From the IMG/VR virus record IMGVR_UViG_3300022181_000002, positions 1-45,370 of that record: 45,370 nt of DNA; one strand, 5' to 3'. Position 1 is the first letter of the stretch. The number at the start of each line of letters is the position of its first letter. The notes beneath the pieces were generated by a model. It was not told the origin of the DNA and made no database searches. It saw nothing but the letters and a program-made list of their open reading frames with translations. Positions 26,506 to 35,327 of this stretch are shown here, in pieces. The position numbers and the translations under genes were made by a program. Origin of the DNA: a virus (Duplodnaviria > Caudoviricetes).

Positions 26506-27058
26506 CGCCAAAGAACCTCTCATTGAGCCACGACAATTCGGATACCGGGTTAAAGGTCAGCATAAATTGCATATACTTGTCGCTTCCGTCTGCGTTTTTG
26601 CCCTTATAACCCCTTAACCGCCTGTTAAGTTCCCGAAAGTCTTCTGGGCTTATCTCGTTGGCTTCCTCTGCCCATATGCTTGTAATGTCATATATGGATT
26701 TTAGTTTTTCAACATCGTCGAGGCCTGAAAATATAATTTGGTTGCCGTTGGGCTTAAACGTTATTTTCTCATTTCCCATGGACTCGTTAATTTTAAATAG
26801 ATCGCTAAGCCCCCAGCGCTTTACCTCACCTTTTAGTAGGGGGAATTGTGATTTTGTTACACTTTTTCCGGTATCGCGAACGCAAAGTAAATTATGATTA
26901 TCCTCTTTAATGGTACGGATGAGAAACTTGTCGGCCGCAAAATAGCTTTTCCCCGATCCTGAGCCCCCGTATAAAATGAGAAACCGGCCTTTATATTTAA
27001 AAGCCGGGTAATATATGGGCGGTATCATTTTAGCTAAGTTAGTTAAGTCTATCTCCAC
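26498..27058 (-). CDS. terL: Terminase large subunit, N-terminal ATPase part (PBSX-type)
   Basis: Walker A YGGSGSGKS, Walker B IWAEEA, SGLDDVEKLKS and coupling motif TFNP. Confidence 0.9.
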   Translation of the reverse strand: MEIDLTNLAKMIPPIYYPAFKYKGRFLILYGGSGSGKSYFAADKFLIRTIKEDNHNLLCVRDTGKSVTKSQFPLLKGEVKRWGLSDLFKINESMGNEKITFKPNGNQIIFSGLDDVEKLKSIYDITSIWAEEANEISPEDFRELNRRLRGYKGKNADGSDKYMQFMLTFNPVSELSWLNERFFGDE

Positions 27059-27059
27059 T

Positions 27060-27509
27060 TCAATCGCTCAATTCTTCAGGCAGCTTTACAATTATCGGCC
27101 CGCCGCCTTTGCCTGCTATTTCATGTTCGCGTTTATCCCTCCACTCCTGCGGCCTGCGGTTCTTTAACCAGAAAATTGCTGCCGTGGTGTCGGGCGGGTA
27201 GTATTTCCTCACCTTTACCTCCTGAACCTCGGAGCCCATATTGCCGCCCAAAGAAACCACTTTTAGCTCAATATCATCATGTTCATAGCCCATGGCCCTC
27301 TGATAAAGCCTGTCAGCCACATTCGCATCCGCTATAACCTTACCTCTTTTTAAGGACTCAAAAAATGATGGATGATCCCTTTTCCAGTTATTAATCGTCT
27401 GCTCTTTGACGTTGAAAAAGTCAGCCAGGTCCTTATCGGTAGCTCCAAGCAAACAGAGTTTATATGCCTGTTCATCGTATTCTTTTTTATATCTGCTGGG
27501 CCTGGCCAT
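27060..27509 (-). CDS. terS: Terminase small subunit
   Basis: MARPSRY..HTH (LGATDKDLADFF) and PPDTTAAIFWLKNRRPQEWRDK; GAAGGTG RBS before ATG 27509. Confidence 0.9.
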   Translation of the reverse strand: MARPSRYKKEYDEQAYKLCLLGATDKDLADFFNVKEQTINNWKRDHPSFFESLKRGKVIADANVADRLYQRAMGYEHDDIELKVVSLGGNMGSEVQEVKVRKYYPPDTTAAIFWLKNRRPQEWRDKREHEIAGKGGGPIIVKLPEELSD

Positions 27510-27552
27510 GGTTTCACCTTCTCTCTGAATACGTTTTATTTCAGAGTCAAAT

Positions 27553-27579
27553 AAAAAAACCTCACCTAAAGTAGGTAAG
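27553..27579 (-). terminator. Intrinsic terminator just upstream of terS
   Basis: CTTACCTA-CTT-TAGGTGAG then G and T7 on the minus strand. Confidence 0.55.
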
Positions 27580-27754
27580 ATCATGGTTCTTTAGTTATGG
27601 ATAATACTTTCCATTACCATAATTGCAGTATTAAAATGTAGATAGTTTTACTATCTAGGCAGGTTTGCGCCTGTCTGAAGTAAAATTAAAATATAATAAA
27701 GTTTCAAAAACAGCAATGTCTATTTTTTTTGAAACAGCAACTCTAAAAGAACGA

Positions 27755-28186
27755 TTATAATTTATTTCTGATTTCATTCGCCACTTCTATAGCCTCATCT
27801 AACAATGCGTAGATCTTCTCATCTGTATAATCAGGTTGTTCACAAGCTATATTTATATTACTTATTTTTATCTCTAACATTGTAAGAGAGCCAGGATTAC
27901 ATATATCGTTTAATTCAGCAATTTTTGTCTCAATGTCTGAACCAATCAAGGTAAGCGTTAGGTCTTTATTAAATGAATATTTCGTTGCATAACCCATATT
28001 AAGGCTAATCTCAAATAATAGTTGCCTTCGTCTAGCGCGCCTAGTTTGTTCAAGTTCACTTATTAACTGATCTCCAGATTTAATGTAGTAGCGTTTTGAT
28101 ACCAAAACAGTTATAAGCCCGCCGATGACAATTCCTAAAACTGTGTTTAATAGCGAACTGTTGACTATTGTTACTATCGTATCCAT
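27755..28186 (-). CDS. Low-GC moron, membrane-anchored protein
   Basis: N-terminal TM helix LLNTVLGIVIGGLITVLVS; AAGGAG RBS. Confidence 0.75.
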   Translation of the reverse strand: MDTIVTIVNSSLLNTVLGIVIGGLITVLVSKRYYIKSGDQLISELEQTRRARRRQLLFEISLNMGYATKYSFNKDLTLTLIGSDIETKIAELNDICNPGSLTMLEIKISNINIACEQPDYTDEKIYALLDEAIEVANEIRNKL

Positions 28187-28242
28187 AGAAACTTTTCTCC
28201 TTGCAAATCGAAAAGCTCCCGCGGGGGCTAATAACTAGGAAT

Positions 28243-28425
28243 CTATTTTCTTAAACTTATTATTTCACGGGTAGTGTCTATTTCTATTTTTCCTGCATTA
28301 CTTAATTCATCAATAGCCTGCGAAAAATCTTCATGGCTAATTCTTAAGCTATCCGAAACAAAATCAAAATTAATTGGATTTTTATCGTTAAGTATTTCCA
28401 ATATTTTATCGGGAATATCATTCAT
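28243..28425 (-). CDS. Small winged-helix-like protein
   Basis: ILEIL..KNPINFDFVSDSLRIS...AIDEL...GKI pattern; AAAGGAG RBS. Confidence 0.6.
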   Translation of the reverse strand: MNDIPDKILEILNDKNPINFDFVSDSLRISHEDFSQAIDELSNAGKIEIDTTREIISLRK

Positions 28426-28518
28426 TGCCCTCACTCCTTTCATTTTTCCTAAATGGTAACAAAACCCGCCACATAGTGACGGGTAGCTATTTTGATTTTA
28501 GCATCTTTTACCAGGTTG

Positions 28519-28926
28519 TCAATACAGCAAATACTTCTGACTTATCACTCTGGGCATCGCCTTTTTCTTCTTACGCTTCCTACCGCCGCTGCTTTTGGAT
28601 CGCCCTGACCCCCTCCGGATCTCCCCGAGGTAAACCAGCCCCAGGCCTGCATATGAACCCCGGCCAAGCTCCGGGTCCTCTTCTTCCTCTGTTTCCTCCG
28701 GCGGCCAGAACTCGGAGCCGCAACCTGAACACTGGTGAAAACCCCGTAACTTGTTAAGCTTCATCGGCCGGCCACACCCCGGGCAGGGCATAGCTTTATC
28801 ATTCGGCCAGTATTGTCCTTTGCACACCGGGCAGCGGTAGAAACTATCCTCCTGGTCGTAAGCCATAGTCTCCCTGCAGTTTGGGCACCTTACATCATCC
28901 TGGCTCACCTGAGCGTTACAAGTCAC
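28519..28926 (-). CDS. Tandem zinc-ribbon protein (candidate late regulator)
   Basis: CPNC..CPVC and CPGC..CSGC, then acidic and basic tails; GGGGAGG RBS before GTG 28926. Confidence 0.7.
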   Translation of the reverse strand: MTCNAQVSQDDVRCPNCRETMAYDQEDSFYRCPVCKGQYWPNDKAMPCPGCGRPMKLNKLRGFHQCSGCGSEFWPPEETEEEEDPELGRGSYAGLGLVYLGEIRRGSGRSKSSGGRKRKKKKAMPRVISQKYLLY

Positions 28927-28949
28927 CTGGCCTCCCCCTCCCCTTACGC

Positions 28950-29168
28950 TTATAATCCAACCGCCATCTTGGCGGCTCTTTCTATCGGCTTCAAACGTTG
29001 CAGCTCCTCCCATTGCTGCTTACTGAACATGAGAAAAACAGCTTTTTCGTCAGCTGTACCGGTATTCTCCGAGATTATCAAAAGGACTTCGCCCGACACA
29101 AAACGTAATCCATCAATCTCGGAGCCTTGTTTATTTGAAAAATCAAAAAAGGCGTATCTGGTGTCCAT
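28950..29168 (-). CDS. Hypothetical phage protein
   Basis: GAGGTG RBS; packed directly after dnaB. Confidence 0.7.
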   Translation of the reverse strand: MDTRYAFFDFSNKQGSEIDGLRFVSGEVLLIISENTGTADEKAVFLMFSKQQWEELQRLKPIERAAKMAVGL

Positions 29169-29170
29169 GC

Positions 29171-30538
29171 TTAACTCACCTCGCGCTCAACGTAATTGCC
29201 AACTTTCAGCCAAGGATCATCTTTCGGGGTCGCGCTCCTTATCTGCTGAACCGGTTTATCATAGTGCAGGGCTATGTTCTTGTCCGGCTCCCCGTCCCGG
29301 TTCTTATCGATGTAGAGCTTATAGTTTGCATTTGTGTATCTCCCACTGTATTTATTTTTTATCTCTTCTTTGCTCAGCGGCCCGAGCTTTAGCAGCAGGT
29401 CGCATTCGTTTTTAATCCGTTTGGCCCCCTGCAGACTGCCGTCTTCGTTGAGCTGGGCCAGGACTAAAACCGGTATCTTTAGTTCCTGGGCCAGCAGCTT
29501 CATGGACTTGGCTACCTGCTCAAGCACCTGCCACTCCTGCATTTTCGGATCGTACTTTTCCATGCGGCCGATGTAATCGACGATAATCATCTCAACCTGC
29601 TTCTGGATTTTAGCCTTTTTCCCCAAAACCACGCATCTTACCGGGGTTAAGTGGGGTGAATAACTGTGAATAAACGGCGATGTTTTAATCGTCTCAATCG
29701 CCCGGGAGACTTTCGCCTGCTCGTCCGGCGCCAGGCTTCCCTGCCGGATGCGGTAATAAGGCACTCCGGATATCACCCCGCATAACCTCTGGTAAACCGT
29801 TTCCCTGGACATTTCGGTATTTATGTAAAGGACCGGGTTCCCCTGATCCACTGCTATGGTTTTGGCCGTCTGGAGAGCGAAGGCTGTTTTGCCGTGGCCG
29901 GTCTGGGCCCCTAAGACAATCAGGTCGCCCGGCTTATAACCCAGGGTAAGCTCATCAATTTTTTTAAACCCCGTGGCTAGTCCCTCCAGGACGGTATTTC
30001 CCGAAAGGTTGGCTTCGATAAAGCGGACAATCTTTTGAGCGATAAGCTCTTCCAGTTGGGCGCTGATAGCGGCGCCATCTTCGAATTCGTCCTTGGTCCG
30101 GCCCAGGTCGATTTGGGAAATGTCGTTTATGATGCCGGCCAGGTTCGTGTCTATGTCCTTTTTGCCGTGGTCGGCCAGCGTCGCCTGGTACCTGCGAAGC
30201 ACCGAATTAAAGGCCCGGGCTTTAGAAGCGCCGGTTAATTCGTCAATCCAGTACTGGATGTTGTCAGTGTATCCCCAGTCTGTCAGCGCGTATTTGATTT
30301 CCTCCAGCCTGCCCAGTGAGGCAAGCAGCCCGGCACCCTGGGCCTCCTTAAGAAAGATGCCGTAACTGGGGAAGGTGCCTTTTTTGTATATATCAGCAAT
30401 CAATTCGAATAAGGCCCGGTGGAGCTGGTCCGTAAAGTCATCCGCCTCCAACTGACTAATAACTTCAATGCAGAACGGCTCTGAATGCGTAGCCCCGGAT
30501 AATACTTTTCTTTCGCTCAAAAGGTCAGCGAGATTCAA
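29171..30538 (-). CDS. dnaB: Replicative DnaB-family helicase
   Basis: Walker A GAQTGHGKT, NTEM, IIVDYIG, PVLVLAQLN and KNRDG motifs; GGAGGGG RBS before TTG 30538. Confidence 0.93.
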   Translation of the reverse strand: MNLADLLSERKVLSGATHSEPFCIEVISQLEADDFTDQLHRALFELIADIYKKGTFPSYGIFLKEAQGAGLLASLGRLEEIKYALTDWGYTDNIQYWIDELTGASKARAFNSVLRRYQATLADHGKKDIDTNLAGIINDISQIDLGRTKDEFEDGAAISAQLEELIAQKIVRFIEANLSGNTVLEGLATGFKKIDELTLGYKPGDLIVLGAQTGHGKTAFALQTAKTIAVDQGNPVLYINTEMSRETVYQRLCGVISGVPYYRIRQGSLAPDEQAKVSRAIETIKTSPFIHSYSPHLTPVRCVVLGKKAKIQKQVEMIIVDYIGRMEKYDPKMQEWQVLEQVAKSMKLLAQELKIPVLVLAQLNEDGSLQGAKRIKNECDLLLKLGPLSKEEIKNKYSGRYTNANYKLYIDKNRDGEPDKNIALHYDKPVQQIRSATPKDDPWLKVGNYVEREVS

Positions 30539-30557
30539 AAGCTTGTCCCCCCTCCAG

Positions 30558-31355
30558 TTACACGACTTCGGCATCTGCGCCAAACATGGTACCGTTAACC
30601 CTGTGTTGCGGGCTGGCCCTGCTTGGCAGCAATCCCTTAAGCGCTTCGTCGACGGTGGTATTTCTAAGTATCCCAGCAAAGTAATTCTCTTTTTTGGCAT
30701 GCAGCTCAGGCTTAGATATAACTTTTTTGCAGGCATGCTCGACAATCAAAGGGTCGTATCGGTGCATGTCCTCATAGACCCCATGCTCAACACTGGGAGC
30801 CAATTTCCCGCTTACCCTGGTTGTGCGCAGGATTTCGAGATATTGTTCAATGGTTTCCAGCTGTTCAGGGGAATATCGTGAGCGAAATTTTTCAATTTCG
30901 AGAGAATAGTTTATGCTTTTCTTTTCTTTTACTTTCTTTTCTTTTATAGCATTGGGTGCGCATTGCGTTTGCTCTGCATTCGCATTGCGTTCTTTCTCCC
31001 ACCGTAACAGCGCCGATTCGCGAGCCTTGTTTGATTTCTCATCAGCCCTTTCCATCCTTCTGAGAAGTGAATTGCTCCAGAAATTTTTCCCGTCAGATTC
31101 AAATAAATGAAACTCGTTAATGCAGTCCATAATATATTTCTGCGCTTGTTCATCGGCGCATTGCATTTGCAATGCAAATGCATTCCATGCGTATTTGCCC
31201 TCTATGTTAAGCTGGTAGTCCTGCTGTTCTCTCATCATTTCTATAATCAACCAGTACCAGCCATAACCCTCCCAGCCATAAACGCTACGCATGGCCAGTA
31301 TTTTAGGATCTTGATTCGCATTACTATCATGGGAGAAATAATAGGTGTTTTTCAC
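30558..31355 (-). CDS. Replication initiator / replisome organiser (DUF4373-type N-terminus, DnaD-like C-terminus)
   Basis: YYFSHDSNA..DPKI..GWEGYGWYW, IKEKKVKEK linker and NYFAGILRN; upstream of the helicase. Confidence 0.85.
   Translation of the reverse strand: MKNTYYFSHDSNANQDPKILAMRSVYGWEGYGWYWLIIEMMREQQDYQLNIEGKYAWNAFALQMQCADEQAQKYIMDCINEFHLFESDGKNFWSNSLLRRMERADEKSNKARESALLRWEKERNANAEQTQCAPNAIKEKKVKEKKSINYSLEIEKFRSRYSPEQLETIEQYLEILRTTRVSGKLAPSVEHGVYEDMHRYDPLIVEHACKKVISKPELHAKKENYFAGILRNTTVDEALKGLLPSRASPQHRVNGTMFGADAEVV
30917..30991. promoter_or_regulatory. Putative phage replication origin (iterons plus AT-rich tract)
   Basis: CGCATTGCGTT at 30959 and 30981 (22-bp period) and further GCATT units next to a pyrimidine/AT tract (30917-30946), all inside the initiator gene. 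Confidence 0.6.
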
Positions 31356-31848
31356 TCCGGCGCCTCCATAAATCGAACTCTTGCGGGGTTTTATCTCGCT
31401 TTTTACGATTACAATTCATGCATGAGGTAACAAGGTTATCTAAATTATTTGTTCCGCCCCTAAAAACCGGAATGGCGTGGTCAACTTCAAGCTTCCCGCC
31501 AATTTTACCGCAATATTTACAGGTGAAATTATCCCTAAGAAAAACCTCACCCGTAATCTGGCGCCATAAATCAACGTCTAAGTTATATAGGCGGCTATTA
31601 ATGAATTTATTTACAAAAGTTGCAACTTCATCATTTATATCAGCTTCAAATATAACTCTCTCTTGGGCGCACCATTTAATGAATTTATTATAGAAAATAC
31701 CCAGTTTTTCTATTAAATCAGGACGATCGTTAAGGTCTTTTTCAATGTCATAACGAAGCGCCCCAATATAATAATCCATTAATGGCCTTGCCAAGCTTCT
31801 TCGCCCTCCTAACTCCTGCCAGCCTCTTATTTCACAATGAATAGACAC
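31327..31848 (-). CDS. HNH endonuclease
   Basis: RDNFTCKYCG..LEVDHAIP..RGGTNNLDNLVTSCMNCNRKK. Confidence 0.92.
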   Translation of the reverse strand: MSIHCEIRGWQELGGRRSLARPLMDYYIGALRYDIEKDLNDRPDLIEKLGIFYNKFIKWCAQERVIFEADINDEVATFVNKFINSRLYNLDVDLWRQITGEVFLRDNFTCKYCGKIGGKLEVDHAIPVFRGGTNNLDNLVTSCMNCNRKKRDKTPQEFDLWRRRSEKHLLFLP

Positions 31849-31877
31849 TCCGCCCCTCCAGGCTTACGGTCCGGCCG

Positions 31878-32288
31878 CTACGCGCTTAAAACGCAGCACT
31901 GGGTTGTTTCTTCGTCTGCTGCCTCATCTGCAAGCATATTCATATTTTCGAGGCAATTGTTGAGCAGGATATACATCATCACAGAATAGTACGTCCCTAC
32001 TCCGCTTCCATGCTCATTTTTAAAAAACTGATATAAATCGCGATATACGGTGTTTACTTGTCTCCAGTTATCCAGTACCAGGTTCATACGATGGACCTTG
32101 TCTCTGCCCAAGTTAGTCTTCTGGACCCATACATACTTTCCATCATGGCGCTTACAAATCGAAACTTCTGTCCTGTCCCAGGGATCACTTGGAAATAATC
32201 TAAAAACTGTAGACCCCAGCAGCCACCCGTCAAAAACCATCCGCTGCCCTTCCTCGCCAGCTATATGAAAGGTCTGCATTTCAACCAT
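31878..32288 (-). CDS. Hypothetical early protein (EXLDI-like; paralog of 32699-33172)
   Basis: F.G.LL...E......GKYV pattern; GGGAGGT RBS before ATG 32288. Confidence 0.65.
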   Translation of the reverse strand: MVEMQTFHIAGEEGQRMVFDGWLLGSTVFRLFPSDPWDRTEVSICKRHDGKYVWVQKTNLGRDKVHRMNLVLDNWRQVNTVYRDLYQFFKNEHGSGVGTYYSVMMYILLNNCLENMNMLADEAADEETTQCCVLSA

Positions 32289-32307
32289 GGCGTTTACCTC
32301 CCCGTTC

Positions 32308-32688
32308 TTAGTAATCTGAACCATCATTAAACACTGACATAAGCCGGATACCATCCATTATGCCTTGGCGATAGCATAATTTGTTAGTGGAACCCATCAT
32401 GGCGCTTTGAGCCTCATCAAGTTTGGATAGAGCCTTTAATCCAAAAGAATGGTCTTTTAATATCTCTTTCAATATCTCATCCGCTTTGATGGACTCATCC
32501 AAATCTTTTTCATATTCGGGAAACTCAGCAATAATTCTGTCAAGGGTTAAATTGCGGTCCCAAAATAAATTAATTAGATCTTTTGCAAATTGCTCCTGGC
32601 CTTCCTTTGCCTTTATAAACAGGCCCAACAATTCGCCTTCCCTACTCTTTTCCGCTAACATAAAATCCGCCTCCTTTATTACTCTCAT
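32308..32688 (-). CDS. Hypothetical early protein (DUF6809-like; paralog of 33227-33580)
   Basis: LD.....M......YRQGIMDGI C-terminal motif. Confidence 0.65.
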   Translation of the reverse strand: MRVIKEADFMLAEKSREGELLGLFIKAKEGQEQFAKDLINLFWDRNLTLDRIIAEFPEYEKDLDESIKADEILKEILKDHSFGLKALSKLDEAQSAMMGSTNKLCYRQGIMDGIRLMSVFNDGSDY

Positions 32689-32698
32689 TAAGCCTGCC

Positions 32699-33172
32699 TT
32701 AGGCTATTTGTCTGTCCATCCGGGTAGTTGACAAAACGCCGGCATTAAGCAACTTTAGTTTTATATCTATTGCCTCACGAAATATCTGGCTATAAAACAA
32801 CATAAAATACTGGCCTATCCCGTATCCCAATACTTCCTTTAAAGTTTTAGCCATAAAACTGATCAATTCTGCGACCACTCCTAGATTGTTTAACCCATCA
32901 AAGGCCGCTACTTGCCCTCTCAAATAAGGATTGTTTGACCAAAAAACTACAATATATTTGCCTTCAACCGTTAAATATATTTCCATTTTGTCTTTAATGT
33001 GATAATATTTAGGGCTTCTCCGCTTTGTCCCTGAAGCCATAAGCCTACCCGTAAACTCTACCGGGTTCCCCTCGGTTTGTTCGATTCTGTAATTGCACAA
33101 TGCGGGTAAATCCATCTGCTCGCAATTCATTGCTGAAACCGAACCATTATCCTCAATCTTGATAGCTGCCAA
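32699..33172 (-). CDS. Hypothetical early protein (EXLDI-like)
   Basis: FTGRLMAS...EIYLTVEGKYIV; AAGGAGG RBS. Confidence 0.65.
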   Translation of the reverse strand: MAAIKIEDNGSVSAMNCEQMDLPALCNYRIEQTEGNPVEFTGRLMASGTKRRSPKYYHIKDKMEIYLTVEGKYIVVFWSNNPYLRGQVAAFDGLNNLGVVAELISFMAKTLKEVLGYGIGQYFMLFYSQIFREAIDIKLKLLNAGVLSTTRMDRQIA

Positions 33173-33226
33173 TGCAATCCGCCTCCTTTATCTATCTCAT
33201 CCTTGAATAACAAATTGTACGCGCCT

Positions 33227-33580
33227 TTAGGCAACTCCGGATTTTTGAATAGCTATAATAAAATTCACTCCATCGGCGAAGCCGGTTTCATAGTAATTTT
33301 GCTCGTCTATTGATGCCATTTGGCCGTTGATTGAATCAAGGTTGAGCAGCAGTTTTTGTCCTTCTTCATTCCCTTCTAATATTTCCATTAACCTTTTATA
33401 ATCTTTGGAATAGGCATCTAGGATGGGTTTAATTTCATTTCTTTGTTTTGGAGTTAAATGGGCCAAAGACTCCAGACGCAAACCGAAAAACTCCTTGAGA
33501 TCTTTTTTAAATTCCTTGCCCGGGGGAATTAATTTAACCAGTTTACTCACTTCGGGAGCTTCTTTCTTTTGAACACGCAT
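33227..33580 (-). CDS. Hypothetical early protein (DUF6809-like)
   Basis: LDS...QM......YETGFADGV; AAGGAGG RBS. Confidence 0.7.
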   Translation of the reverse strand: MRVQKKEAPEVSKLVKLIPPGKEFKKDLKEFFGLRLESLAHLTPKQRNEIKPILDAYSKDYKRLMEILEGNEEGQKLLLNLDSINGQMASIDEQNYYETGFADGVNFIIAIQKSGVA

Positions 33581-33626
33581 ATTTTCCGCCTCCTTGGTAT
33601 CTATTGATTTCTTAAGTGGTTCTCGT

Positions 33627-33944
33627 TTAAAATAACTGTAGAAGTTTTTTGAAAATCCCCTGGGTTCCAGCCTGGGGATTCTTTCTTTTCTGGGCCCTTT
33701 TCAGGTTTAGCCTGGTTCTGGCCTTCCCCACCGGACATTCCCCGCAAAATTTCGGAAGCAGCCAGGGGGCTTTTAAAACGTCACTTAGTCGTACTACTGT
33801 GTCCGGCTGTAGGTGCTTCCCCTGGCGGTATCTATAGACGGTTGCCCGGTCTGCCGGCAGTTCCTTCTCCACTTCCTCGACTGTCATTCCTGCTTGTTGG
33901 AAAGCCAATTTAATCGCTTCTCCGGTCGCAATGTTTGCTATCAC
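33627..33944 (-). CDS. XRE-family HTH protein
   Basis: GMTVEEV...DRATVYRY..G...P and C-terminal FCGECPVG. Confidence 0.75.
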   Translation of the reverse strand: MIANIATGEAIKLAFQQAGMTVEEVEKELPADRATVYRYRQGKHLQPDTVVRLSDVLKAPWLLPKFCGECPVGKARTRLNLKRAQKRKNPQAGTQGIFKKLLQLF

Positions 33945-34067
33945 ACTCTACCCTCCTTCCGTTGCATAATACTTTCAGAGGCTACACAATTTCCGCTGTG
34001 TACTCCCCCCCTCTCCTCCATGACCTGGTCCGGGCGCCCGGGCCGGGTTGTCTCCCTTCTCGTATAA

Positions 34068-34289
34068 TTACTTGGCCAGCCATGCTATGAAAGCATCCCG
34101 GTTTACGCGGAGCTCCGGCCGTCGTTCGCCTACCCGAATAACCCGGAAAGCACCTTCACTTTCGCCCTGCCGAATCAATTTAATTGCCGCCGGGCGGCAG
34201 CACCGCACCAGTTTCATTACGTCCTTGGTCCCCAGAGCTATAGGCAACTGCTCCGGCTCTGAAATTATAGGCCGGTTCTTGACTCTCAC
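34068..34289 (-). CDS. Excisionase-like (MerR/HTH_17) DNA-binding protein
   Basis: LPIALGTKDVMKLV...FRVIRVG...LRVNRDAFIAWL. Confidence 0.7.
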   Translation of the reverse strand: MRVKNRPIISEPEQLPIALGTKDVMKLVRCCRPAAIKLIRQGESEGAFRVIRVGERRPELRVNRDAFIAWLAK

Positions 34290-34308
34290 CGTATGATCAC
34301 CACCTTAT

Positions 34309-34917
34309 TTATAAAACCTTAAGATATCGCGGCCTTCTCTCCTTAACCCCGAAGGTCTTCCCAGTTTCCCCGTCCAGAACGAACCGCTTGCCGTTGTCAT
34401 CTGTGAACAAGGTACGGGGTTTTGCCCAATATTCCGCAACCAACCCTTCTACCAATGAGGGCCGCCCATCCAGTCTTCGAAGGCTCTCTATGTACCAAAC
34501 TATTCTGACTAGAAATTGCGTGATTTCCGGGTTGTAATACTCCCATAAAAAGTCGAACACGCTGTCATTGTCACCTATTGGCTTATCAAGCAGTAAGGAT
34601 TTGATATAGTCCCTGGTATAAAAATAGTCTTTGAATCCATACCGGTGGCCATCATAATCCTTTGTTATGGGGAATAGGTTGACGAACTCCCCCGGGGTGA
34701 GAGTTCCTATCATGCTATTGATGGTCTCCGCAAAATCGAAATCATCACCTGCCTCTTCGCGATTTGTGTATTCCACCATCGGCTGAACGCTTACGGCCTT
34801 GATGCCGTAGAAGATGAGCTTTTTAAGCTGATCCGGATTATCAGCGTAGGCATGAGCCGTACGGTGAAAGGCCCTTAAATACCTTTCATATGCAACTTCG
34901 TCGCTGCACAGTTTCAA
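34309..34917 (-). CDS. Conserved hypothetical phage protein
   Basis: Long ORF with AAAGGAGG RBS; FPITKDYDG..YGFKDYF motif; typical RPRYLKVL end. Confidence 0.8.
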   Translation of the reverse strand: MKLCSDEVAYERYLRAFHRTAHAYADNPDQLKKLIFYGIKAVSVQPMVEYTNREEAGDDFDFAETINSMIGTLTPGEFVNLFPITKDYDGHRYGFKDYFYTRDYIKSLLLDKPIGDNDSVFDFLWEYYNPEITQFLVRIVWYIESLRRLDGRPSLVEGLVAEYWAKPRTLFTDDNGKRFVLDGETGKTFGVKERRPRYLKVL

Positions 34918-35009
34918 TATGTCGCCTCCTTTCTCTTTGGTAGGGTTTTCTTCTCCCAGGGTCGAACTTGGTAGTTGTCCAGACTATCAAATCGAAGGGA
35001 GGAGTAATA

Positions 35010-35327
35010 TTGGCTACTTGTAAATGGCCTTTGGGAAATGGCGAAACTCTTGAATTTACAATCTATGATTCTTCCACTACTTGGAACAACATTGCTGGGC
35101 TATACATTTTCGCCCGTAGCGACGGGCAGCGCTGGTACGCTTTGTATGTCGGCCAAACCGATGATTTCAGATCCCGGCTTCCGAATCACGAGCGCTGGGA
35201 TGAGGCGCGCCGCAACGGGGCCACGGCCGTTCATGCGGTTGTGGTTTCGCAGGCGGGTACCCGGGATAAACTGGAGAAGCTTCTGATTCGGCAACTTCGA
35301 CCGCCGTTGAATGATCAACTTCTGTAG
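35010..35327 (+). CDS. Stand-alone GIY-YIG nuclease
   Basis: GLY..YVGQT..RSRL..H, catalytic-position E (LEKLLI) and P.LN; GGAGGAG RBS before TTG 35010. Confidence 0.85.
   Translation: MATCKWPLGNGETLEFTIYDSSTTWNNIAGLYIFARSDGQRWYALYVGQTDDFRSRLPNHERWDEARRNGATAVHAVVVSQAGTRDKLEKLLIRQLRPPLNDQLL

Noticed and set aside
26490-26530. Intron, intein or programmed frameshift at the terL split
   Set aside because: No intervening sequence and no obvious slippery heptamer; an SD plus ATGAGTAG overlap explains the junction more simply
4067-34296. Numerous + strand ORFs opposite the structural, replication and early genes
   Set aside because: Antisense shadows of long, motif-bearing minus-strand genes
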